DNA of 57,421 nt, filler included, from Asterionella formosa (Eukaryota): NCBI GenBank assembly GCA_002256025.1. It is 4 parts of 4 records of this genome, joined end to end, with 100 filler letters (N's around TTAATTAATTAA, not from the genome) between each part and the next. Parts side by side here need not be neighbours in the genome. Positions count along the whole stretch, not along the records: positions 28,779 to 43,059 come from NKIB01006094.1; positions 43,160 to 57,421 come from NKIB01006112.1; 2 more parts are not named here. One strand, written 5' to 3'. Below, in pieces: positions 37,549 to 48,060 of the stretch (the stretch's first letter is position 1; every line of letters starts with the position of its first letter). A program made the position numbers and the translations under genes. Below the pieces are notes generated by a model. The model was not told where the DNA came from. It saw only the letters and a program-made list of their open reading frames with translations, and ran no database searches.

Positions 37549-38511
37549 ATGGCACTGCTCTTGTTGACTTTCTTCATACTACTGAACAATCACTTCATTA
37601 CACAAGCCCTAGAAACACACGGACTTCCCCCCAGAATCGTGAATCCTCTGACCAATCGACCCATCAGCTTGACGTCAATCCGAAAGAAGAGCACCTTTTC
37701 AGAACTTGTGCATCACCAAGGCGGATGGATTGCCTACAACGGAAAATTGACTCCCTTGTTTCAAAAGGAGCCACAAGACGGCAGTCCAAACCATGATTTA
37801 GCCATGGAAGATTGGTATGAATTGGAGCCAACTTTGGCTCACATTGACCTTGAGAATTTTTCCGAATTCCCAAAACTAAATGAGCTTTTATTGGTACACA
37901 AGCCGTCAGGTTTACTGACCCTTCCGGGGCGATCCGAAAACGACTGTCTCTCGGAACGAGTATTGAAATCTCTGAAAGGCTTCGAATCCACTGACGGCTT
38001 TATACCCAGACCGTGCCATCGATTGGATCTGGACACCTCTGGAGTCGTCGCTATTGCCTTAACGAGAGACGCCTATCGAGCACTTTCACATCAATTTGAA
38101 CAACGCGTTGTACAAAAGATCTACGTCGCCCTAGTTGATGGCATCATGGACGATGACCATGGTGTAGTGAACCGTAGTATTGGCAAGACTCTGACCACGG
38201 GAGGCTACAGCACATGGACGTGTGCACACAATGCCACCGATCTGCGGGAAGCCACAACACATTGGAGCGTGTCGAAAAGATTTGACAGGTACACTAGACT
38301 CGAACTATCTCCCACCACTGGACGAGGTCACCAACTGCGGTTGCATATGGAGGAGATTGGTCACAGTATACTAGGAGATTCCTTACATGGCGGTGAAAGT
38401 GTCGCCCAAAGCGCTCCTCGTTTGTGTCTCCATGCAGGGTATCTGAAGTTCCTAGTACAATCTGGAGGAAATGCTTATCAAGTGACATGTGAATCACTGG
38501 CTCCCTTTTGA
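37549..38511 (+). CDS. RluA-family RNA pseudouridine synthase with N-terminal targeting peptide
   Basis: Motifs VHKPSGLLTLPG, HRLDLDTSG (catalytic Asp), KIYVALVDG, TGRGHQLRLH, ILGDSLHG and RLCLHA. Confidence 0.95.
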   Translation: MALLLLTFFILLNNHFITQALETHGLPPRIVNPLTNRPISLTSIRKKSTFSELVHHQGGWIAYNGKLTPLFQKEPQDGSPNHDLAMEDWYELEPTLAHIDLENFSEFPKLNELLLVHKPSGLLTLPGRSENDCLSERVLKSLKGFESTDGFIPRPCHRLDLDTSGVVAIALTRDAYRALSHQFEQRVVQKIYVALVDGIMDDDHGVVNRSIGKTLTTGGYSTWTCAHNATDLREATTHWSVSKRFDRYTRLELSPTTGRGHQLRLHMEEIGHSILGDSLHGGESVAQSAPRLCLHAGYLKFLVQSGGNAYQVTCESLAPF

Positions 38512-39039
38512 AAAGATAATGTTAAGGGAAAGGATGTGGCCTTTGTCTTTAGTACTTGGTATAGATCAGTTTGTACAACATACTGGACAATCATCAGGTT
38601 ACTACCGGTACAACAATACAGGTCCTACCAAGACCAGGCATCCAGTAGTGTCTTAGCTATGTGTCTTCATAACACCGTATCACTTGTAGTTGGTAGTCTA
38701 ATGGGCACATACAGTTCAACATGGTCACAGACCATACTATATAGCAAACTACCTTGGTTACCAGGAAGGTCCTCCCATAGTGCAAATATCATACAGATCA
38801 CATATACTAAAAGTTAGAATGTTTAATTGCCCATTCGTACTCCCCTCTTTCAAGGCAAGTATTTCATTGTGCTACCTGCCAACAAGACCTGTGCTTCCCT
38901 AGTTTTGTTAGCATAGGTGAGTCCCCAACAACTTTTCGCGAAAGGTGATCATCTTAGCTGCAGCGTTAGGGGAAACTCCAACCGCCTAGGAAGGCGGCAC
39001 AAGAAGCGTGGAAAAATGGGGAGAATGTAGGAAATCCTG

Positions 39040-39173
39040 CTACACTTTGGGAGAGAAATTCTCCCCTTTTTTCCGCGCTGACGTTTATTCCCCTCTAGCT
39101 TTTAACACGTATATTTTCTGCGGCCCCGTCAGCAGCGGCTTTTTGGGGAGAATTTTCTCCCCAAAAAGTGTAG
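39040..39173. repeat. Imperfect ~45-bp inverted repeat with nested 30-bp palindrome
   Basis: Arms at 39040-39083 and 39127-39173; CTTTTTGGGGAGAA-TT-TTCTCCCCAAAAAG at 39139-39168. Confidence 0.85.
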
Positions 39174-39356
39174 AAATAGCGTTCAATTTTGAACCATCTT
39201 AGGATTCACGTTGACAGTACATGCATGATAGCTTACTGCTAATAGCTATACCAGTAGTACTAGGGGTTCCGACTCAGCCAATTATGAACATCAATTGAGA
39301 ACAACAACAATCAACAATATACCTATGGAAGCGACCCACTACCACATTAAAATATC

Positions 39357-40824
39357 ATGTCAGACAATGAAGAAATAGTTTGTGCATCTCAAAAGAGATG
39401 CATGGTGAAGGAGCTACGAAGGTCAACTGCACATAACTGCCCTGGATGTGGGTATAGCATTCAAGCTCTTTGCGGTCATTTGCATGAAGAAGCAGATATT
39501 CAGTTCAAAACAACATGCTTCCATTGCTATGAAAAGTTCGGTCACGCCCTGATGAATCCAGATGATGCAACTGCATTGCAACAACTACAACAAGATGAAG
39601 AGAGGAGACATGATTCCAATCAAGGACAAGAAGAGGGCATAGTAGAACTTGCGCATGTATATATCATGGATAGCATTTTACCACCAGAGATTGACAAACA
39701 AGGCAGCACTATTAGAGAACATGATACACAAAAAGCGAAGAAGGAAGCAAATAAAATGAAGTCCCTACAGCTCATGAATTTAGCAAATATCAGAGGGAAC
39801 ACAAGAGCAAAATCAGCAATGAGCCGGCACAGTCTGAACATGATGAAGTCTTTCTGTTATATTTATATAAACATGAGGACCAGCTACTAGGACCAGAGAT
39901 GCTAGCGCAAATCAGATATATCACTGATGATATTGACAACATTCCCATTTATACAAAGAAAGCAAGATCTGTGATACGCAGTTTTCTTGAAAGGGGAGTC
40001 TCTACAGGATTGCATCCAATTAAATTTGAGGACTTAAAGCCTACAGACTTCGCAAAGTATCTTGGGACCCTCAGTAATCCAGTGACAGGCTGTCTACTTA
40101 GTCAGAAGATGTAATAAAAACAAGAAGACATCACTTTACAGCCTGTTTAAGAAGTATAACATGAAGGCTACAGACAACTTTGATGATGAGCTGAAAGATC
40201 TCATTGCTGGCGTCAAATGAATTGCAAGTAAGGCAAAACAAGATGGGATGGGTAGCCTTGAGGAGGGAAAACGTGAATTGACAATCAACCTGTACCGAAA
40301 AATAAACATATGGTTGATTGAAGATGGCTTACATCAGCTGTTTTTGCACGTGCATTTTTTTGTCTAGTAACTTGGAATTTGATTTGCCATGTTGATAGTA
40401 CTGATGGTGTCTGTATCAATCATTTGGTTTGGAGTCAAGATGCTGTGGGGATTCAATTTTCTCATACAAAAAATGATCAAGATGCCTATAAGAATTTCAA
40501 GCCCCGACACTGCTACACCAACCCTGAAGATTTTGCATTGTGCCCAATAACTGCATTGTTTGAGTACATGATATGACATGCTTCCCAGAAATTCTACAAG
40601 ATGGTCTATTGTTTCCTGGTGCAGAGCAGGAGGATTCATTCAGAAAAATTATCAAGAGGTTGCTACATGGACATGAAGGCGATCAAGATGGATATGAGGT
40701 GGAGGATATTGGTACCCACAGCATCAGGAAGAAGGGTGCAACAACATACGCATCGAGTGGCTCTACAGCAAGTTCATCAAGTGTACCAATAAACAATCGA
40801 GGTGGTTGGACTATAACAATTTAA
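39357..40824 (+). pseudogene. Decayed Crypton-type tyrosine recombinase (second, distinct clade) with N-terminal Cys/His finger
   Basis: TWNLICHVDS, FSHTKNDQ, PRHCYTNP..CPITAL and DIGTHSIRK-GATTY..RGGW are spread over several frames, with stops and 3' truncation. Confidence 0.85.
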
Positions 40825-41895
40825 TTTAATTCAGAATGTGCAAATGTATGATGGTTGCTAGATTCAATATAAACATGATAAAATGTAAGAAATAATGATT
40901 TTGAAACCAACTAGCTTTATAGTGTTGACTAATACCATAGAGAGATATTACGGATACATATTGTCTTCCATGAGAAAAGGCAGCATTCTATTGTTCTTAT
41001 GGTGTGATACTTCAATTGTAAGTGTGTGTACAGTGGTACATATACCGGTATACATATGATAGGTGCAGGTTGTTGAGGGGAACCTTGTCATTAAAAAAGG
41101 TGAGCTACAATATTATGACTACCGGTATGTTCTATGGTGGCTGTCGTTCGATTATCACAACACTTGGCTGGTACCACCTAAAAACTGAGAGTCAACGTTT
41201 CAGTACTCCTTCTTTAGACTAAAATTATCGAAGTTTTTTAAATGATAAAATTCGAACCAAGTACGAACTTTATTGTAGTCGATAGAACGGGGATAGCTAT
41301 CATTTAATCAGTTCTAAAGTAGAATATACAGTTATGGAGATCTAAGCAATTTAGTCTTACCCATTTTGACTCATAACAATGACTCTCAGTACATATTTTT
41401 TAATCTATACATGAAGATTTTTTACCCCAAAACCGTATTTTTTTAACTCGATTGTTACCACAATAACTATTTTCTATTACTTTTGTTGATCCTATAATTA
41501 GCAGTACCAGCTACCAGTGCCAGGTACCAGGGTTTTAACTGCCGATCATAACAGTACTGGTAGCATACTCGTCAAGTATTCGTTCGGACCTCGCATATCA
41601 ATCACTTTTAAGTTCTCATCTGTCCGGTGGTCCTCCTCCTGTTTCAATTCATTTCACTGGTGATTTTTGTGATTTCAAGACAAATCCTCGTATGTAGTGT
41701 TTCAGGTAGTCACGCCAAGAGGTCGCAGCTGATGTTCTCCATTTAGGTAGAGGAGAATGCAAAATGACATCGTTATATTTTTTACCGTAGCAAAATAATC
41801 TATTCGGACACTAAATGAATCTACCGACAGAAATACTTTCTAATACCTATTTACATATATAAAAGGTGATGCCAGCTGAATGGAGTAAAAATAAA

Positions 41896-42395
41896 GGTTC
41901 CTGTATTTCAACCCTAGTTTAGAGGTAGGGTTTAAAAAATAATTGCGAAATACTCACCTCCGTTTGATTGTGTGAGGAATTGCAAACCCACACCGGCCAG
42001 ATTGGATACACATGTAACATTTCTTTGGGTGTACCGGTAGGCCGGTACTATATCCAGTGCGGGTACCAGTGGATTATCATCATTGGAAATCATACGTGTG
42101 GTACCTGGTACCACTCGTTGATTGCAGTTTCAAATATTTGCCGAGCCGCCCGGTCGTATATAAGAAAAATAATCGTTGGTACATATACATACAGTGATGG
42201 ACATTGTCTTTATATATATTTAGTTTTTCAAAAAGGAGTCTATGGACGTACACGCAAATTTCGACTGATTTGAATATTTCAAACGGAATCATGGCTGTCA
42301 TTCAAAAATAGCTCCTATAAATTCTTAGTTCCAGGGAATTCCGGCAACCCTAAGCAATATTTTAATTTTTGCCTTAGGGTTGAAATGCAGGAACC
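41896..42395. mobile_element. 500-bp non-autonomous (MITE-like) Kolobok-like element
   Basis: TIRs GGTTCCTGTATTTCAACCCTA and TAGGGTTGAAATGCAGGAACC (one mismatch), flanked by TAAA and TTAA. One end is homologous to ~27666-27870. Confidence 0.85.
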
Positions 42396-42744
42396 TTAAT
42401 TTAGCTTTTTTATTTCATTTCTCGTCGACAGTAACCTTTGGGACCAAATACGGAAGTAACGCGAGCTATTTGACGAGTTCAAAGCACGATCATTATTCGT
42501 CTGTAAATAAAAAAACCGTTAGGCCTAACAGTTTTGCTGTAAAACCCACCATCTAAGCCGCGTATTACGTGAAGTGACCATCACATAAATAAGCCTAGTT
42601 GATTTTGAATGCATCACATGAATTAGTTGAATACATCAAAATACGTAGTTGAATATATCTATATATTATCTGAATACATCACGTTAAATATTTGATCAAA
42701 GTATCATGCATGCATTCCTGATCATCACTATATTATGTGATCAC

Positions 42745-42915
42745 CTTCACATAATTATTTGAAATACTTCACATAATTATTTGAAAATACTTCACATAAT
42801 TATTTGAAAATACTTCACATAATTATTTGAAATACTTCACATAATTATTTGAAAATACTTCACATAATTATTTGAAATACTTCACGTAATTCTGTAATTT
42901 CGTTCACATAATTCT
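42745..42915. repeat. Tandem repeat, 21-22-bp unit, 6 full copies plus degenerate ones
   Basis: CTTCACATAATTATTTGAAA(A)TA repeated head-to-tail. Confidence 0.95.
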
Positions 42916-43059
42916 AGAATAAAGTTCACTTAATATGTAACATTTGTTTACGTAATTTTCTGGAGTTCATTCAACTAAATTAAAGAGTTTCATTAATGAA
43001 ATAAAGCCTGCTCATTCGGAACGGCATGCGAATGCTCCTGCACTGAAAGGGTTTGCTGC

Positions 43060-43159
43060 NNNNNNNNNNNNNNNNNNNNNNNNNNNNNNNNNNNNNNNNN
43101 NNNTTAATTAATTAANNNNNNNNNNNNNNNNNNNNNNNNNNNNNNNNNNNNNNNNNNNN
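43060..43159. other. Artificial contig linker
   Basis: 100 nt: N run with a central TTAATTAATTAA. Confidence 0.97.
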
Positions 43160-43339
43160 CATACCCCACACTTCATTTATTATCATTAATAGCATTGATG
43201 CCTTTTGATTTGCACATTGTTTCCATCGAGACACAGGCAAGGATAGAGAAGACATCTTCTGTACCCCTGGAATGTTGCATGCAGCATCGAGAAGGACGAT
43301 AATTCTTTGGGTTTAAGCAGAAGGAGTTAACGTCGGAAC

Positions 43340-46027
43340 ATGTCAACGCTTGAAGAATTTGAGGGTTTCCCCAATTACGTGCCAACTTGCAACGACACTG
43401 GATCAACGGTCCACATTTTCGTATTGATATATTCCGCGCTATCGTTCTTGTTGATTGCACCATTGGTAGTTTGGGGTCGCAAGCATGAAAAGCAGCGACA
43501 AAAAGCGTTTGCCAAATCCAATCTTTACCTTCGAAGTCTCGAACCACTTCCGGATCCATTAGTACAACAGCAAGAGCAACAGCTGCAACAGCAAAACCAA
43601 CAACTACACCTGTCTCCACCTGTACAAAGGATTCATCCGCATGATTTCCCACGGAATGCGGAACTGCAACAGGTAGAAACTCATCTTCAGGGAGAAACTC
43701 ATCTTGATCAACGCAGCCCATCAAGGAGCAATTCCTTTCGACGAAGAATACCTATGCATTTTTTTAGAGAGCTGGACCGAGTCAGTCAACGCTATCCCGA
43801 CGATGATCCAGATTTCATGTCGGTCATTTCTGGTTCTCAACAGCAGCGCAGTCGAGCACGAGGCCTTTCAATGACGCCCTCGACCATTCCTTCAATTGCA
43901 GAACAGTCCAATGTCTTATCTGCCGCAACAACTTCACGACTCTATGAAACAACTAGGCCAAATCCAAAAACACAAGTATGGGATGTGGGCGCAAGACGAT
44001 GGAAACATCGACGACCGATTGGTCGGCCTGCTGGCATTCAGCAGGCCATTCAGGCCGAGACGGAAACAATGGGATCATCCAATTTGGAAGCACGAACTCG
44101 TACTTTCCTTCGGCCTGAACTTGGATCCCATACATCGTCACGGAAAAGTCGACCGCCAATCAGGTCGACAGCGTCAAGGGGAATGAGTGAGGTGGCAAGC
44201 AGTATTCTTACTACGGAGGAACATGACAATCCGGGGCAACGGGTCATTATTGACATGGCTCATCGCCGAGGACGCAGCATATCGAGTGGGAGTGCGTTTC
44301 CATCGTTGGTAGATGATATTTCTCCGAATGATGCCGCGGATGCAGGGGATCCAGGGAGAGTTAATTCCTTTGAACAAGCGGAGGATATTGAAATCACAGT
44401 GTGCTGTGGACCCGCTGCGTTGTGGACTCCAAGAGTCATTCTCATGGCTATTGATGGCCTCGTTGACCTTGCAGAGCCTGATACCGAGATGAAGCGAATT
44501 ATTACGTTGGGACTGCCACTGACTCTTGGTGCCATGTCGGAGCCAGTCTTCAAAGCAGTTGCTGTTGGGTTTATTTCAAACTACGTCGGAACGGATGCCA
44601 TGGTTGCATTTGTAATTGTGAACTTGCTAATTGGGTTCACTGATGAGCTAGTTGGTGCTGTGTCCGATGCTGAAAATACATTATGTTCCTATGCTTTGTC
44701 AACCGGTCAGCTTTTCCTTGCCGGACAGTACGTGCAGATTTCTATTGTTACGCATTCGATTTTTTCGGTTCCATTGCTTGTCATGTGGGCTCTCACAATG
44801 GAGGACATTGTGTTTTGGTTCATCAAGTCAGAAAGTACTGCCCTGCTTGCCAAGAAATATTCAACAATAATTGTTTTTCATCATTTTCTGCAGTCTATGT
44901 CCAGAATATTTACAGTTCTATTCCAATTGACAGGAAATGAGTTGTTCGAAACTAGGTTCGGCTTGGGCGAAAGTATTATTACGGTGGTCATCATTTCAAT
45001 TGTGGTAGCAATGGCCCATGATGCAACCCTAGAAACTGTGGCATGGATTCAGTTCTTGATTGGTATTGCAGCTTTGATTGCCAAGCTGGGCTATGCGATT
45101 TACAACCGATGGTTTCGGGTTTTCCATCGAGGCCTCTGTAGCTATGCTTTGAAGGTAGGATCCAACTGTATAGGTTCCGTCCATTTAATTTTACCCTTTC
45201 TGATCGTCGATACCTCACAGATCCCCCCCCATTATCCCAAGAATGTTTCTGCCGTCCAGGCATTGCTGATGGCTTCTTTACCTCTTTTCGTCGGTGCATT
45301 CTTAGAATACGGAGAATGGGAAATTCTCCTTTTCTTCGTCCCTCATTTGGGACCAGCAGAAGTCGCAACCTGGAGTATACTTGGAGTCATTTGGAAGATT
45401 CTAGAATCTTCGACAGAGGGGATTGGTGAAGCAGCTGCGATTCGAGTTGCGTATCACCTTGGACACCATAATCCCGCCATGGCGAAGCTTGCTTCCTATA
45501 AGGCAATATTCGTGGCTGCAATTTATTCCTTATTCGTTTCGGCGATGCTCTTAATGGGCGGAACAAATTTATCGAAATGGCTTACATCCGATGTTACGCT
45601 ACAATATTTGCTTAATGATTCCATGACTATGCTCGGACTTGGAAACGTCGTCATGACGTATGGTTTGGCCACATGGAGTTTGGTTGGAGCCCAGGGGCGT
45701 TATCGGTTGGCAACGTTGGTGATATTGCTTGCCAGGTGGCTCGTTACTTTGCCGTGTGCCATCATAGTTGTGTTTGCCTTCGATCTAGACATTAATAGTG
45801 TTCTGGCTTCCCTGATAATTGGATTCGCTACTGCAGGCCTTGCACTGGCTTACGTGTTGCTGCGGAGTGATTGGGACCGTCTCGCTAGAATTCTGCAAGA
45901 GCTAAATGCCATGATGGAATCCGACTTGGAATCAGGTGAAAGCTCCCATGACGGGTCTGCATCTGACGGGGAGGAAGGCATGGAAGTGATAAACACACCA
46001 GCATCAATCATGCGTAGCTCGGTATAA
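43340..46027 (+). CDS. MATE-family efflux transporter with long N-terminal extension; probable in-frame intron 45155-45241
   Basis: About 12 hydrophobic segments from EMKRIITLGLPL; motifs TLCSYALSTGQ..AGQY, LEYGEWE, GIGEAAAIRVAYHLG and GAQGR. Confidence 0.9.
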   Translation: MSTLEEFEGFPNYVPTCNDTGSTVHIFVLIYSALSFLLIAPLVVWGRKHEKQRQKAFAKSNLYLRSLEPLPDPLVQQQEQQLQQQNQQLHLSPPVQRIHPHDFPRNAELQQVETHLQGETHLDQRSPSRSNSFRRRIPMHFFRELDRVSQRYPDDDPDFMSVISGSQQQRSRARGLSMTPSTIPSIAEQSNVLSAATTSRLYETTRPNPKTQVWDVGARRWKHRRPIGRPAGIQQAIQAETETMGSSNLEARTRTFLRPELGSHTSSRKSRPPIRSTASRGMSEVASSILTTEEHDNPGQRVIIDMAHRRGRSISSGSAFPSLVDDISPNDAADAGDPGRVNSFEQAEDIEITVCCGPAALWTPRVILMAIDGLVDLAEPDTEMKRIITLGLPLTLGAMSEPVFKAVAVGFISNYVGTDAMVAFVIVNLLIGFTDELVGAVSDAENTLCSYALSTGQLFLAGQYVQISIVTHSIFSVPLLVMWALTMEDIVFWFIKSESTALLAKKYSTIIVFHHFLQSMSRIFTVLFQLTGNELFETRFGLGESIITVVIISIVVAMAHDATLETVAWIQFLIGIAALIAKLGYAIYNRWFRVFHRGLCSYALKVGSNCIGSVHLILPFLIVDTSQIPPHYPKNVSAVQALLMASLPLFVGAFLEYGEWEILLFFVPHLGPAEVATWSILGVIWKILESSTEGIGEAAAIRVAYHLGHHNPAMAKLASYKAIFVAAIYSLFVSAMLLMGGTNLSKWLTSDVTLQYLLNDSMTMLGLGNVVMTYGLATWSLVGAQGRYRLATLVILLARWLVTLPCAIIVVFAFDLDINSVLASLIIGFATAGLALAYVLLRSDWDRLARILQELNAMMESDLESGESSHDGSASDGEEGMEVINTPASIMRSSV

Positions 46028-46170
46028 ACACGGCTTCTACTACAATGCACATGTATAGACAAATTTAGTGTTTCCCATTCTTTCTACACTCCACTGTCTT
46101 TAGATGCTCCCCTTCGTCGGAGGAAGAGTCGAACGCGTACGTCAAAACGAATTCAAAGCCCACCCTTGAA

Positions 46171-47640
46171 TCATTTGCGCACGCAGCACGACCCATTGAA
46201 CCGTCCGGTGGAGAAGGCAACACTCGGTTGGACGGCATGAGAGGCGATGACAGCATTTTGCGAAAGTAGCTCACCTCCAAGGAGCTCAAGCAGCTGGTTC
46301 CGGGAGAGCAATTCACTTGCATTCTCAAGTACTGAAGGTTCTGTCTGCTTACCCGGCGGTGTTGACTCAATATACGACTCCGTGTCCCATGACTGGGGTT
46401 GTTGGTTCGAGGTTCTTTCTGATCGAAGTCGCAGAGGCTTGTCCCACTGAAATTGTTCAGATGTATCCTCTTCGCCGCTACTCTCTTCTTCGCCATGGTA
46501 TATGTTAGCATTGAAAGCGTTGCTGGCGAAGTTTCCCGGAGCATATTTTCCTTTTCCAGTATTTGCATTGTGAGAGTTGCCTGATGGTTGATGGGAAATA
46601 GTTGCCAAATGAAGCGCAAACGGATGACTGGTATGTACATACTTATTTAGACTCTGTCCGTTCCATCGATTTTGAGGTGTCGGCTGCTCGTGTTGCTCAC
46701 AAGATGCACTGTTCCATTGGTTCGGTGACGAGCCTTTGTGTTGATTTGTTGCTTCCCCGTGGTTCTGAGGGGGATGCCTGCTTCGGAGATCAGCAAGATT
46801 CGGAAGGAATCCTTCGTATGAATGCTTGGAGGCTCTTGGTTGATTGACAGGCGCGTCACCATTTACTGCCTCGTCGTTCTTTCGCTCACAATCAAGAGAA
46901 TGCCCAATCCAGGAAGGCGATAAAGAAGAAATATGATCTTGATTCGGCATGGTAGGATAGGAACTTTGAGCATGATGTTGATTCCATGCCGGGTGAAATC
47001 GTGACTGACTACCGGAAGCCTGTTGATTTCCATAATGGCGCTGTTCTAAGTCCCCTGGTTGCAACGGCTTCCTCGGTCGCTTTGCTGACGATTGTTGTAG
47101 ATTGGACTGGTGTATCTTAGGATCTGTCGGCAGAAAACGTCCAGGTTTTCGAAACTTCTTCTTCATTAATTTCTGCATGCCTTTAGATACCAATGGAGTA
47201 GTGTGCGTGAAGGTCGAGCACCCGGCCGTGACTTGCCATGGACCATCCACCTGAATCAGAAACTTGTCAGTCTCCACGCGTCCCTCTAAAAGGTGCACGA
47301 GATTATGAACTTGCACTCGCGAAAGCTCTGTTTGATCTAACTGAGTGCCACAAGATCCGGGCGGAGGGTGAGCATCATAAAGCGAAACGGAAGCCCCATT
47401 CAGCACCAGTTTTCCGTCTTGCCAGATCTTTCTCTTCTGGGTCTTCATTTTCGTAAACAAACAGCAAAACTGCTGGACTGCATGGTCTACACCAACGACG
47501 GAACAACTATGTCGTTGCTTATTTCCCTCCTCATTGAAGGAGGCTGAATCGAGGACAGTATGATAGAGATTCTCGTCTCCTGGAATGGCTGCTATCGGTG
47601 TCGGTTGGGCGTTCAGAGTGTCAACTTCAGACTGATCCAT
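46171..47640 (-). CDS. Protein with ZGRF1-like N-terminal domain (DUF2439) and low-complexity C-terminus
   Basis: FCCLFTKMKTQKRKIWQDGKL..VSLYD..ETDKFLIQVD matches the DUF2439 pattern. The 3' end is uncertain. Confidence 0.8.
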   Translation of the reverse strand: MDQSEVDTLNAQPTPIAAIPGDENLYHTVLDSASFNEEGNKQRHSCSVVGVDHAVQQFCCLFTKMKTQKRKIWQDGKLVLNGASVSLYDAHPPPGSCGTQLDQTELSRVQVHNLVHLLEGRVETDKFLIQVDGPWQVTAGCSTFTHTTPLVSKGMQKLMKKKFRKPGRFLPTDPKIHQSNLQQSSAKRPRKPLQPGDLEQRHYGNQQASGSQSRFHPAWNQHHAQSSYPTMPNQDHISSLSPSWIGHSLDCERKNDEAVNGDAPVNQPRASKHSYEGFLPNLADLRSRHPPQNHGEATNQHKGSSPNQWNSASCEQHEQPTPQNRWNGQSLNKYVHTSHPFALHLATISHQPSGNSHNANTGKGKYAPGNFASNAFNANIYHGEEESSGEEDTSEQFQWDKPLRLRSERTSNQQPQSWDTESYIESTPPGKQTEPSVLENASELLSRNQLLELLGGELLSQNAVIASHAVQPSVAFSTGRFNGSCCVRK

Positions 47641-48060
47641 AGTTCATTTGCGCTGCCTCAAGTTTCTAAATGATCCAGTGATTTCTTGAACTGAGTGAAG
47701 AAACTTAGGACTTCGATTGGAGAGCAGATATGTGATAGTGTTCGCTTCTAATTATGCAAAGCTGAAATGTAACGATGATCAATGGAACTGTATGATCAAG
47801 ATCAAACGTCCTCGCCTCGTTCCATTGATCATTGTTGGCTGCGTCGTCATTGCATAAAATGTGTACTACCGTAAAAAATACTGGTAGGTCTAGTATGACT
47901 CCCTCTGTCCAATAACAATTGCATCGATAATTCAAATTTATCCTGGGCCATTTTGACTCCTACGATTCTCTCCGGGTCAATTGCCCTACATATTGTGCGG
48001 CTTGCTCCAAGCTACGGATCCGTCTATAAATAAATAATGCTTTTGTTGAAACATGCAACA

